A DNA stretch of 64,000 nt from Longimicrobiales bacterium. GTDB lineage: Bacteria; Gemmatimonadota; Gemmatimonadetes; Longimicrobiales; Gaopeijiaceae. Positions 18,036 to 26,978 of this stretch are shown here, piece by piece. Each line of letters starts with the position of its first letter. The stretch's first letter is position 1. The translations under genes and the position numbers were made by a program. The stretch lies in contig JAWLHJ010000001.1 in the NCBI GenBank assembly GCA_041690395.1, positions 320,001-384,000 on the forward strand. Direction: 5' to 3'. The notes below the pieces were generated by a model that was not told the DNA's origin, ran no database searches, and saw nothing but the letters and a program-made list of their open reading frames with translations.

Positions 18036-19022
18036 TCAGCCGCGCCTGATGCGGTCGGCCACGACCAACGCGCCATGCTCGCGGCCGTTCTCGATGAAGA
18101 TCTTGTTGGCATCATTACCGGCCGCTATGACGCCGGCGATATAGAGACCGGGGACGTTCGTCTCCATCGTCGCGGGATCGTGCGTGGGGATTCCGGTCGC
18201 CTCGTCGACGTCGACGCCCAGCTTGCGGAGCGGCTCATGGTCGGCCCGCCATCCGGTCATCGCCACGACGAAGTCGTTCGGAATCGTGGTCTCCTCGCCC
18301 GTGTCCTCGGAGCGGAGCACGACCGAGCGCGGCCGGATCTCGGCCACCCGGTGCCGCCAGAAGGGGGTGATCTCGCCCCGCTCCAGCCGGTTCGTGATGT
18401 CCGGCACGACCCACGGCTTCACGCCCCGGTCGATCTCGTCGAGGAAGTGCACGAGCGAGACCCGGACGCCGTTCCGGTACATCTCCAGCGCCGACTCGAC
18501 CGCCGAATTACCCGCGCCGACCACGAGCACGTCCTGGTCGTAGTACGGGTAGGGCTCGTGATAGTAGTGGTGGACCTTGTCCAGCTCTTCGCCGGGCACG
18601 TCGAGCAGATTGGCGCGGTGGAAGCCGCCCGTGGCGACGACGACCGCGTCGGCGTCGTAGTCGTGCTCTTCGCCGTCGCGGGTGCGCGTCCGGACCCGGT
18701 ATGCACCCTCCCGGCCCGAGATCTCCACGACGGTCTCGTACTGGTGGACATCGATGCCCCAGTGCTCCACGACCCGTCGATAGTAGGCGAGAGCCTCGCG
18801 CCGTGTCGGTTTGGGGTCGGGGATCGTGAAGGGGACGTTACCGACCTCGAGCATGACCGCGGTGCTGAAGAAGGTCATGTAGTAGGGGTAGTCGAGGAGG
18901 GAGTTGGCGACACACCCCTTGTCGAACAGGACGCACGAGAGCCCCTCGGCCTCCGCGGCCGCGCCCACTGCGACGCCGCACGGCCCCGCGCCCACCACGA
19001 TCAGATCCAGACGGTTCGACAT
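18036..19022 (-). CDS. ypdA: YpdA-family putative bacillithiol disulfide reductase
   Basis: VGAGPCG FAD motif, YPYYMTFFST, KPTRREALAYY, VGAGNSAVE, FIENGREHG; no CxxC. Confidence 0.88.
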   Translation of the reverse strand: MSNRLDLIVVGAGPCGVAVGAAAEAEGLSCVLFDKGCVANSLLDYPYYMTFFSTAVMLEVGNVPFTIPDPKPTRREALAYYRRVVEHWGIDVHQYETVVEISGREGAYRVRTRTRDGEEHDYDADAVVVATGGFHRANLLDVPGEELDKVHHYYHEPYPYYDQDVLVVGAGNSAVESALEMYRNGVRVSLVHFLDEIDRGVKPWVVPDITNRLERGEITPFWRHRVAEIRPRSVVLRSEDTGEETTIPNDFVVAMTGWRADHEPLRKLGVDVDEATGIPTHDPATMETNVPGLYIAGVIAAGNDANKIFIENGREHGALVVADRIRRG

Positions 19023-19128
19023 GGCCGACGCGTAACCCCATGGTCCGGGTCTGTTCCGTCATTGCCCGTTCCCGCCCCTTCGCCCAGACTCACGCGATAC
19101 GCTTCGCTCCTCCACCGACCTGACCAGC

Positions 19129-19386
19129 ATGAGCACAGCCGAATCCGAAGCGAGAAAGGCGTTGAACCGCCTGCGGCGCGCCGCCGAGAAAGCCGAGCGC
19201 GAGCTGGAGTCGCTACGCGGCGCCTTGCGGCACGCCGAGGGCGACGACTTTCCGGTCGACCGGTACGAGGCGCTCGAGAGTCACGTAAGAGCGGTCGTCG
19301 ACTTCACCGACGAGGAAGGCGAGCGCCTTCGCGAGAAGGTGCTGCACGCCGGCGGGCTGGAACCGGGGCGCGTGCGCCGCGGGTAG
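19129..19386 (+). CDS. small helical hypothetical protein
   Basis: 85-aa ORF with coiled-coil-like composition, filling the gap between ypdA and the next gene. Confidence 0.7.
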   Translation: MSTAESEARKALNRLRRAAEKAERELESLRGALRHAEGDDFPVDRYEALESHVRAVVDFTDEEGERLREKVLHAGGLEPGRVRRG

Positions 19387-19420
19387 CGGGCCGCACCGCA
19401 CCCCCTTCTTCGGCGACCTG

Positions 19421-21703
19421 CTAGAAGCGGTACGTATAGGACACCTTCACCGAACCGCCGCGCGAGAGCGTGATCAGGTCCGGGTTGTCCAGCAGTCCCG
19501 TCCCCATGTTCCGCCAGTTCTGCGTGTACACGAGATACAGGTCGCTTCCCGGCGTCACGATCCAGCGCAGCCGCGTGAAGAGACCCACGATCTCGGTCTG
19601 GTTGTCGTACTGGAACTGCGTCGTGGCACTCACCCACGGCGAGGGGTTCCACTGCCCCTCGAGCTCGTAGAGGTCGGCGGTGAACGAGCCTTGCGGCAGG
19701 GTCACGTCGGTGCGCTCGAAGTTCGTTGAAACGCTCACGCCAGGGGTGGGCCGCAGCGTGATCCGTCCGTTGTAGCCGAGCCGGTCGCCGTTCCAGAAGC
19801 CGCCCCAGTTCAGCCCGCCCCAGAAGCTGACCATGCGTCGGCCCGCGGTGCGGCCGAAGATGCTGTTCCGCCAGGTGACGTATCCCCCGGGCGCGATCGG
19901 GACCTCGAAGAGATCGAAGCCGTTCTCGAGGAACTCGTAGGTGCGCTCGACCTGGAAATTGAAGCCGTCGCCGCTCTCGAAGTCGAAGCTGACGGGCTGG
20001 AACTCCCAGACGCGCTCCTCGAGGAGCCCCGTGCCGAGCTGCGTCAGGTTCCGGAACTGGACGGAGAAGTCCATCTGCCGGATCCACTCGAAGCGCTCCG
20101 GCCGGAGCGTGTACTGGATGCGGGGCTCCACGCGCCGGAAGTTGTTCCGGTTCACGAACCCGACCTCGGGCTCGTACGCCTCGCCGAACTCGCGGTAGGA
20201 GAGGTGCCCGCTCCACTCGGGGTTCGGGAAGTTCAGCCTGAAGCCGCGGGCCGAGAGGTCGCCGAACGAACGGTCGACATTCCGGTCCTGATTGGAGTTC
20301 CAGACGACGAACGCCTCGAGCTCGGCGTTGTTCTCTCCCAGGAAGTTGCGCGAGCTCAGGTCCAGGTCGACTCCCGCCGTGTGCGCGTCCGGGGGAGCGA
20401 AGCCCACGTCGTTCCTGGTCGTGGCGCGACGCGTGTAGATGGCGCCGAACGCCGACTGCTCGAAGACGCGTCGCTTCACCCGCGCCACCGTGAAGTCCTC
20501 ACGGGGGATCGTGGCGGGCACGTCGTCCTCGAGATACGTCTCCCGCCCGGTGCCGATCTGGTAGAAGCCCAGCTCGTAGGGCCCGGCCTGTCCCGTGAGG
20601 CGCGCGCCGTAGTTGATCGGGATCGGGCGGCCTTCGGTGAGCCCGATGCGCCGGGAGAAGAACGGCGAGGGGCCGCTGCTCGACGCGAACGAAAAGACGC
20701 CGGAGCCTTCGAGGAAGAAGTCGCGCTGCTCCGGGAAGCGCTGCGAGAACCGGGTCAGGTTCACCTGGCGCTGGTCGCTCTCCACCTCCGCGAAGTCCGT
20801 GTTCAGGCTGACGGAGGCGCGCAGGCTGGAGGTGACGCTGTAGTTCACGTCCAGCGAGACGTCGCGGGGATAGCTGGTTCCCTCGTCGCCGAGCCCCGGC
20901 TCGGACCGCCATCCCGTCACGACCGACGGGATCGCCTCGAGGCCGATGCCCTGGGACATCCCCTGGAGTCCCTCGAGCCGGCCCGCGAAGACCGGGCTGA
21001 AGAGGCCCTCGCCGCGCCGCCAGCCACGCCAGAGGATCTCCTCGTTCCGCCGCCGGATCGTGCGCTGGAAGTTGATCCCCCAGGTGTCGAGGTTCGGGTT
21101 GAAGTTCAGCGTGCGGAACGGGATCCGGATCTCGGCCGACCACCCGTCGGGGCGCATGGCCGTGCGGGCCTCCCAGATGCCGTCCCAGGCCTTGTTGATG
21201 CCTCCGCCTCCGCCCGGCCCGCGGCCGCCTCCACCACCTCCGGTGATGATCCCGTCGCCCATGAGGCCCGCCGCATTGATCTCGAAGAAGTATCCGGTGC
21301 GGCCGTCGCGGAAGGTGTCGAGAATCCACATGAATCGGTCGTCCGTGCCGAGCCCGGCGTCCCGTTCCCTCTGGTAGGCCAGCACGCCCTCGGGGTCGTC
21401 GTAGACGATGGCGCTGATGTAGAGGTTGTCGGCGTCGTACATCACGCGCACCTCTGTCGGGTACGACGGCGCGGAGCCCTCGACCGGTTCCTGCTGGGTG
21501 AAGTCGGTGATGGGTTGGGCGTCGAACCACGCGTCTTCGGTCACCTGCCCGTCGAGGTCGATCTCGACCGCGTCGGAGATGGGCTCCGCGGTGAGCACGA
21601 CCTCCGTGGCACCTCCGTCCGCGTCCTGGGCCCGGAGGAGGCCGAGAGGCGCCGAAAGCTGGATCAGTGCGAGGAGGGTGGTCGCACGGATGACCGAATT
21701 CAT
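19421..21703 (-). CDS. CBM9-like/DUF5916 outer-membrane protein
   Basis: Signal peptide; IDLDG..W, TEVRVMYDADNLY, GWSAEIRIPF, NTDFAEVESD, FPEQRDFFLEG, FFSRRIG; ends YTYRF. Confidence 0.85.
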   Translation of the reverse strand: MNSVIRATTLLALIQLSAPLGLLRAQDADGGATEVVLTAEPISDAVEIDLDGQVTEDAWFDAQPITDFTQQEPVEGSAPSYPTEVRVMYDADNLYISAIVYDDPEGVLAYQRERDAGLGTDDRFMWILDTFRDGRTGYFFEINAAGLMGDGIITGGGGGGRGPGGGGGINKAWDGIWEARTAMRPDGWSAEIRIPFRTLNFNPNLDTWGINFQRTIRRRNEEILWRGWRRGEGLFSPVFAGRLEGLQGMSQGIGLEAIPSVVTGWRSEPGLGDEGTSYPRDVSLDVNYSVTSSLRASVSLNTDFAEVESDQRQVNLTRFSQRFPEQRDFFLEGSGVFSFASSSGPSPFFSRRIGLTEGRPIPINYGARLTGQAGPYELGFYQIGTGRETYLEDDVPATIPREDFTVARVKRRVFEQSAFGAIYTRRATTRNDVGFAPPDAHTAGVDLDLSSRNFLGENNAELEAFVVWNSNQDRNVDRSFGDLSARGFRLNFPNPEWSGHLSYREFGEAYEPEVGFVNRNNFRRVEPRIQYTLRPERFEWIRQMDFSVQFRNLTQLGTGLLEERVWEFQPVSFDFESGDGFNFQVERTYEFLENGFDLFEVPIAPGGYVTWRNSIFGRTAGRRMVSFWGGLNWGGFWNGDRLGYNGRITLRPTPGVSVSTNFERTDVTLPQGSFTADLYELEGQWNPSPWVSATTQFQYDNQTEIVGLFTRLRWIVTPGSDLYLVYTQNWRNMGTGLLDNPDLITLSRGGSVKVSYTYRF

Positions 21704-21885
21704 CTATGTCTCCGAAGAGTGCGGCTCCGCCGGGCGACGGGCCGGGATGCGTGTTCCTTGAAGCGCGCGGGCGTGGCCCGGCGTCCGGAGACGGGCGGGC
21801 GAGGCCTGCGGGCATAGACCTGAGTATACATTGACTCGCGAGCCGAGATCCACGTTAGATGGCTTCACGACGACCAGAGAGGGAG

Positions 21886-23001
21886 ATGACGACTCAGGGG
21901 GGCCGGGCCGACGGATTCGAGGGGCTGCGTGACGACCTCGTGGTCGCTTTGGGCGAGGGGTGCGCGCCGGCCTGGCCCGAGCGCCGCTTCGAGACGCTGG
22001 CGCTGCGCGTCTTCCGCTACCAGTTCGAGGCCAACTCCGTCTTCCGCGGCTTCTGCGAGGGGCGCGGCGCGACGCCGGATGCCGTGGCCTCCTGGACGGA
22101 CGTGCCGCCGGTGCCGGTCGCTGCGTTCAAGGCGCTCGATCTCGCCTGCGGTGCGCCCGAGGAGGCCGAAGTGGTCTTCCGGACCAGCGGTACCACGCGC
22201 GGCGGCACGCGCCGTGGCACGCACTACGTCCCGGACGTCTCGCTCTACCGCGCGTCTCTGCTGCCGACGTTCCGGACGTATCTGCTTCCCGATGTCGAGC
22301 GGCTGCGGTTCGTCTCGCTGATCCCCTCGCCGGACCAGGCGCCCGACTCGTCGCTCTCCTTCATGGTCGGCGCGGCGGCCGAGCACTACGCGACCGACGT
22401 CCGGTGGATCGTCGACGCCGAGGGGACCATCGACGCGGCCGGGCTGGACGCGGCCCTCACGGAGGCGCGCGACCTGAACGCCCCCGTGCTTCTGCTCGGG
22501 ACCGCGTTCGCCTTCGTGCACGCGCTCGAGCACGAGGGTCCGGGGCTGGGTGAGCTCCCCGAAGGAAGCCGGATCATGGAGACCGGGGGCTTCAAAGGCC
22601 GCGCGCGGGAGATCCCGAAGAAGGAGCTCTACGCTCGCCTGGTCCGGCGGACCGGGACGCCGCGCCACCGGATCGTGAACGAATACGGGATGACCGAGCT
22701 GCTCTCGCAGCTCTACGAGCCCGTGCTCGAGGAGGGGGTGGCAGCGGCGGGGCGGCACCGACCCCCGCCCTGGCTGCGCGCCCGTGCGCTCGATCCGGTC
22801 ACGCTCGCGCCGCTCCCGGAGGGAGAGGAGGGGCTGCTGGCGTTCTTCGATCTGGCGAACGCCGGGTCCGTGTGCCACGTGCTGACCGAGGACGTCGGGT
22901 CCGTGGTGGGCGGCGACGTCCGACTGGTCGGGCGCGTGGTGGGCGCGGAGCCGCGGGGCTGCTCGCGGGCCATGGACGAGCTGATGTCGGTGGGGCGGTG
23001 A
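21886..23001 (+). CDS. LuxE-like acyl-protein synthetase
   Basis: FRTSGTT, METGGFKG, NEYGMTELLSQ, TEDVG, C-terminal PRGCS Cys. Confidence 0.82.
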   Translation: MTTQGGRADGFEGLRDDLVVALGEGCAPAWPERRFETLALRVFRYQFEANSVFRGFCEGRGATPDAVASWTDVPPVPVAAFKALDLACGAPEEAEVVFRTSGTTRGGTRRGTHYVPDVSLYRASLLPTFRTYLLPDVERLRFVSLIPSPDQAPDSSLSFMVGAAAEHYATDVRWIVDAEGTIDAAGLDAALTEARDLNAPVLLLGTAFAFVHALEHEGPGLGELPEGSRIMETGGFKGRAREIPKKELYARLVRRTGTPRHRIVNEYGMTELLSQLYEPVLEEGVAAAGRHRPPPWLRARALDPVTLAPLPEGEEGLLAFFDLANAGSVCHVLTEDVGSVVGGDVRLVGRVVGAEPRGCSRAMDELMSVGR

Positions 23002-24464
23002 GCGCTCCGTCCCGCCCCTTCGACGCGTGGGTGCTCCCGTCGTGGATGGATGTGCCCGAGCGCACGCGGACGACCGAGTCGGGCGACGTGCGGCACCCGG
23101 CGCCGGACGCCGAGTGGATCGGAGCGCTCGCGGCCGGGTTGGCGAAGCGGGGGGCCGGCGGGCTGGGGGCGGGCGGGTTGGAGGCGGGCACGACCGGCGA
23201 CACCACCGAGCGGGTCCGGGCGCTGGGCACGGTCGGCGCCCGCTTCCTCGACCCCGACGACCCGCTCCGCCACGAAGCGCTCGCGCTGCTTCCGGCCACC
23301 TCCGGGCTCTCCGAATCGATGGCCCGGGAGGTGCTCGACGGCATGGCCCGGGACTGGCTTCCGGACCGCCTCGAGCGACTCCTGTCGGAGGAGTTCGGCG
23401 ATCCGTCGCCCCTGGACCGGATGGTCGGGCGCGGTGGGCGGGAAGTGATGGCCGTGGCGCCACGGCTCGCGGTCCAGCTGGTCGCCGGAAGCGTTCCGGG
23501 CGTCGGCGCGACCGCCCTGGTCCGGAGCCTCCTGCTCGGGGCACCGACGCTGCTCAAGCCGGGCCTCGGCGACGTCGTCCTTACCGTGCTCTTCGCGCGG
23601 GCGCTCCGCGCCGCGTCGCCCGGGTTGGCCGACCTGCTGGCCGTCGTCTACTGGCCGGGCGGCGAGGAGGAGGTCGAGCGCGCGGCGCTCCGGCCGGCCG
23701 AGGTGGTCGTGTCGTACGGGAGCGACGCGGCGGTGGCGTCCGTCCGCACGCGGGCGCCGATCACGGCGCGCTTCGTCGGATATCATCACAGGGAAGGACT
23801 CGGCGTCGTGGGCGCGGGCGCGCTGACGTCGGAGTCCGCGGCGCGAAAGACCGCCGGGGAGGTCGCACGGGCCGCCGGGCTCTTCGATCAGCGGGGGTGC
23901 GTGTCCACGCGCGTGGTCTACGTGGAAGACGTCGGCTCGGCGGTGACACCGTCCGGCTTCGCGTCGCTCCTGGCCGACGCGCTGGGCGAGCTCGAGGCCG
24001 AGCTACCGGCCGGTGCGCTGGACCGTCTCGAGCGCTCGGCGGTGCACCAGCTCCGCGGGACGGCCGAGATGCTGTCGTCCGGATGGGGGGACGACGCGGA
24101 GGACCGGCCCATGTTGCGACACGGGGGCGCCGCGCCGTGGTCGGTGTTCTACGATCCGTACCGCGCGCTGGAGACCAGCTGCGTCGGACGGGTCGTGGTG
24201 GTGCGGCCGTTCAGAACCCTCGACGAACTCGTCGAGCGGGTGCGGCCCTCGGGTCCCCACCTCCAGACGGTGGGTGTGACCGGACTGGGCGACCGTCTGA
24301 AGAAGGTCGCCGAAGCCCTGGGTCGCATCGGAGTCTCGCGGGTGGCCCCGTTCGCCGCGGTTCCCTTCCCCGAGCCCTGGTGGCATCATGACGGGCGGGG
24401 ACCGCTGGCGGACCTCGTTCGTTGGGTGGATCTCGAACGGGGCGAAGGCGGAATCGATGGCTAG
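22998..24464 (+). CDS. LuxC-like acyl-CoA/acyl-protein reductase
   Basis: AGSVPG, LLKPG, YWPGG, SYGSD, FDQRGCVS catalytic Cys, HLQTVG, HDGRGPL; GTGA overlap with luxE-like gene. Confidence 0.82.
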   Translation: MSAPSRPFDAWVLPSWMDVPERTRTTESGDVRHPAPDAEWIGALAAGLAKRGAGGLGAGGLEAGTTGDTTERVRALGTVGARFLDPDDPLRHEALALLPATSGLSESMAREVLDGMARDWLPDRLERLLSEEFGDPSPLDRMVGRGGREVMAVAPRLAVQLVAGSVPGVGATALVRSLLLGAPTLLKPGLGDVVLTVLFARALRAASPGLADLLAVVYWPGGEEEVERAALRPAEVVVSYGSDAAVASVRTRAPITARFVGYHHREGLGVVGAGALTSESAARKTAGEVARAAGLFDQRGCVSTRVVYVEDVGSAVTPSGFASLLADALGELEAELPAGALDRLERSAVHQLRGTAEMLSSGWGDDAEDRPMLRHGGAAPWSVFYDPYRALETSCVGRVVVVRPFRTLDELVERVRPSGPHLQTVGVTGLGDRLKKVAEALGRIGVSRVAPFAAVPFPEPWWHHDGRGPLADLVRWVDLERGEGGIDG

Positions 24465-24473
24465 GCTGCTACA

Positions 24474-24668
24474 CTACTCGTCCTCGGGCTGCTGCTCCGC
24501 TCTCCAGACGACCATCTGCCGTCCACCGCGGGGATTTTCCTCGACCCGGACCGTGAGTGAATCACCCTCGTCGATCCCCAGATCTTCGCGCATGTCCTGG
24601 GGAATCGTGATCCGGCCGCCCACGCCGACGGTGACGTCCGTGTAGTAGAGCGTCCGATAGATTGCCAT
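24474..24668 (-). CDS. AbrB/MazE/SpoVT-family DNA-binding protein
   Basis: VGVGGRITIPQDMREDLGIDEGD signature; GAGGAGG RBS. Confidence 0.85.
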   Translation of the reverse strand: MAIYRTLYYTDVTVGVGGRITIPQDMREDLGIDEGDSLTVRVEENPRGGRQMVVWRAEQQPEDE

Positions 24669-24772
24669 CGAGCCTCCTCGTATTTGCAATAGAGCCGACT
24701 AATGTAAACAAAGTCGGGGGATTCGGGTACGGATCGCCCGCTTTCGCGCGACCCCATCCCTCCGGAGCATCG

Positions 24773-25699
24773 ATGACCGATTCCGAAATCGCCGTTCGCC
24801 TGCAAGGGGTGAGCAAGCGGTTCGGCAATCATAACGCCGTGTCGGACCTGGACTTGGCGGTTCCGCGGGGCTCCATTTACGGGCTTCTCGGCCCGAACGG
24901 CTCCGGCAAGACCACGACCATCCGCATGATCATGGGGATCCTGCACCCGGACGTGGGTACGGTCTCGCTGTTCGGGGGGAAGCCGGACATGGCCCGCCGC
25001 GCGCGCGTCGGCTATCTGCCGGAGGAACGCGGCGTCTACCGGAAGATGCGGGTCCTCGACCTCCTGGTGTTCCTGGCGGAGATCCGCGGGATCCACCGGA
25101 AGACCGCCCGCGAGCGGGCGATGGGCTGGCTCGAACGGCTCGAGCTCGGGGCGTGGGCCGATCGCAGGGTGGAGGACCTGTCGAAGGGGATGCAGCAGAA
25201 GGTGCAGTTCGTCGGCACGGTCATCCACGAGCCGGAGCTCCTCATTCTCGACGAGCCCTTCAGCGGCCTCGACCCCATCAACCAGGACTCGCTGGAGTCG
25301 ATCGTCCGGACGTTGAGCGGGAACGGCATCACGATTCTGCTGTCCACGCACCTCATGGACCAGGCGGAGCGCCTCTGCGAGCGGGTCTGCCTGATCTCCC
25401 GTTCGAGGAAGGTGCTCGACGAGGACCTCCGGACGCTCAGGGCCCGGGAGCGCGAAGGGGTCGTCGCGGTCGAGTTCACCGGCCCCGACGGCTGGCTCGA
25501 GGGTCCGGAGATCGAGGCGTACGAACGGGTCGAGGGCACGCTCCACCTCGTGCTGAGGGACCCGGACGCGCACCAGGCGGTGCTGCGGAGCGCCATGGCG
25601 GCCGGAGCCGAGATCCTCCGCTTCGACCTGGTGCAGCCGCGGCTCCACGAGATCTTCGTCCGGCACGTGGGCGCCGACGGGGGAGCGATGCCGTCATGA
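24773..25699 (+). CDS. ABC-2 transporter ATP-binding protein (NatA-like)
   Basis: GPNGSGKT, LSKGMQQK, LILDEPFSGLD, STH. Confidence 0.92.
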   Translation: MTDSEIAVRLQGVSKRFGNHNAVSDLDLAVPRGSIYGLLGPNGSGKTTTIRMIMGILHPDVGTVSLFGGKPDMARRARVGYLPEERGVYRKMRVLDLLVFLAEIRGIHRKTARERAMGWLERLELGAWADRRVEDLSKGMQQKVQFVGTVIHEPELLILDEPFSGLDPINQDSLESIVRTLSGNGITILLSTHLMDQAERLCERVCLISRSRKVLDEDLRTLRAREREGVVAVEFTGPDGWLEGPEIEAYERVEGTLHLVLRDPDAHQAVLRSAMAAGAEILRFDLVQPRLHEIFVRHVGADGGAMPS

Positions 25700-26958
25700 G
25701 CCTTCGCAACGTGTGGGTCGTCATCCGGCGGGAGTACCTGCAGCGGGTCCGGTCGCGCTGGTTCGTCATCTCGACCATCGGCGGCCCGCTCTTCCTGTTC
25801 GCCGTGCTCGCCGTGCCGGCCCTGTTCGCGTCGGGCCGGTCGGAAGAGCGTCTTCCGCTCGCCGTGGTCGACGGCACGGACGCCCTCTACGAGCGGCTGG
25901 CCGACGACCTCGCCGCAGCCGGCTTCCCCTCCGAGCGCGTCCGCTGGACCAGCGCCGTCGTGGACACCCTCCGCCGCCGCGCCGCCGCAGGGGAGATCAG
26001 CGGCTTCGTCATGCTGGACCAGTTCACGCTCGAGTCCGGCGACGCGGTCCTCTACGTGAACCGGCGCCCGAGCGCGCTGCAGCGGGCCACCCTCCGTTCC
26101 GCGATCGTGCGCGCCGCCCTGGAGGTCCAGCTCGAGATCCAGGGAGTCGATGTCGAGGCGATGCTGAGCGGCGGCGGGCTCGACGTGGAGCTGTTGGTGG
26201 CGGAGGGGGCCCAGGAAGGAGAGCCGCGCTTCCTGGTCGCGTACATCGGCGCCTTCCTGCTCTACATGGTGATCCTGCTGCACGCGGTCGCGGTCATGCG
26301 GGCCACGCTGGAGGAAAAGACGAGCCGGATCGTGGAGGTCATCGTCTCGGCCATGGAGCCGTGGCACCTCATGCTCGGGAAGGTGCTCGGCGTGGGGGGC
26401 GTGGCGCTGACGCAGCTCATGGTGTGGGCGCTCACCGGAGCGCTGATCGTCTGGAGCGGGCTGCCGCTCCTCGTCACGGGAGGCGGCCCGGACGCGGTGA
26501 ACGCAGCTTCGACCCGGGAGCTGCTGTCGGTCATGCCCGGTCCCGGCCTGATCGCGCTCTTCATCGGCTACTTCGTCTTCGGCTTCTTCATCTACTCGGG
26601 GCTGTACGCCGCGGTCGGCGCCATGTGCAGCACCGACGAGGACGCGCAGCAGGCGCAGCTCCCGCTCGTGATGTTCCTCGTCGTCCCGATCGTGTTCGTG
26701 ATGCACGTCATCGAGAACCCGTCGGCTCCGTCGTCGGTCGGGCTGTCCCTGTTTCCGCTCTTCTCGCCGATCCTGATGTGGGCGCGCATCGCGGGCGGGT
26801 TCGTCCCGGCCTGGCAGATCGCGCTCTCGTTCGGGCTCATGGCCGGGGCGATCGTGGCCATCGCGTGGGTGGCCGGCCGTATCTACAAGGTCGGCATCCT
26901 GATGACGGGGAAGCGCCCGACGTTCAGGGAGCTGTGGAGGTGGGTGCGGGAGGCCTGA
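25696..26958 (+). CDS. ABC-2 transporter permease (NatB-like)
   Basis: IRREYLQRV N-terminus, EEKTSRIVE, LGKVLG, multiple TM helices; ATGA overlap. Confidence 0.9.
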   Translation: MSLRNVWVVIRREYLQRVRSRWFVISTIGGPLFLFAVLAVPALFASGRSEERLPLAVVDGTDALYERLADDLAAAGFPSERVRWTSAVVDTLRRRAAAGEISGFVMLDQFTLESGDAVLYVNRRPSALQRATLRSAIVRAALEVQLEIQGVDVEAMLSGGGLDVELLVAEGAQEGEPRFLVAYIGAFLLYMVILLHAVAVMRATLEEKTSRIVEVIVSAMEPWHLMLGKVLGVGGVALTQLMVWALTGALIVWSGLPLLVTGGGPDAVNAASTRELLSVMPGPGLIALFIGYFVFGFFIYSGLYAAVGAMCSTDEDAQQAQLPLVMFLVVPIVFVMHVIENPSAPSSVGLSLFPLFSPILMWARIAGGFVPAWQIALSFGLMAGAIVAIAWVAGRIYKVGILMTGKRPTFRELWRWVREA

Positions 26959-26978
26959 CGCGCGGCGTCAGCCCCCGC

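Noticed and set aside
21205..21245. Gly-rich insertion GGGGGRGPGGGGG in the DUF5916 protein
   Set aside because: Likely a flexible loop; no evidence of function.
21819..21840. HspR HAIR-like site upstream of the luxE-like gene
   Set aside because: Spacer is 8 rather than 7 nt and the arms match poorly.
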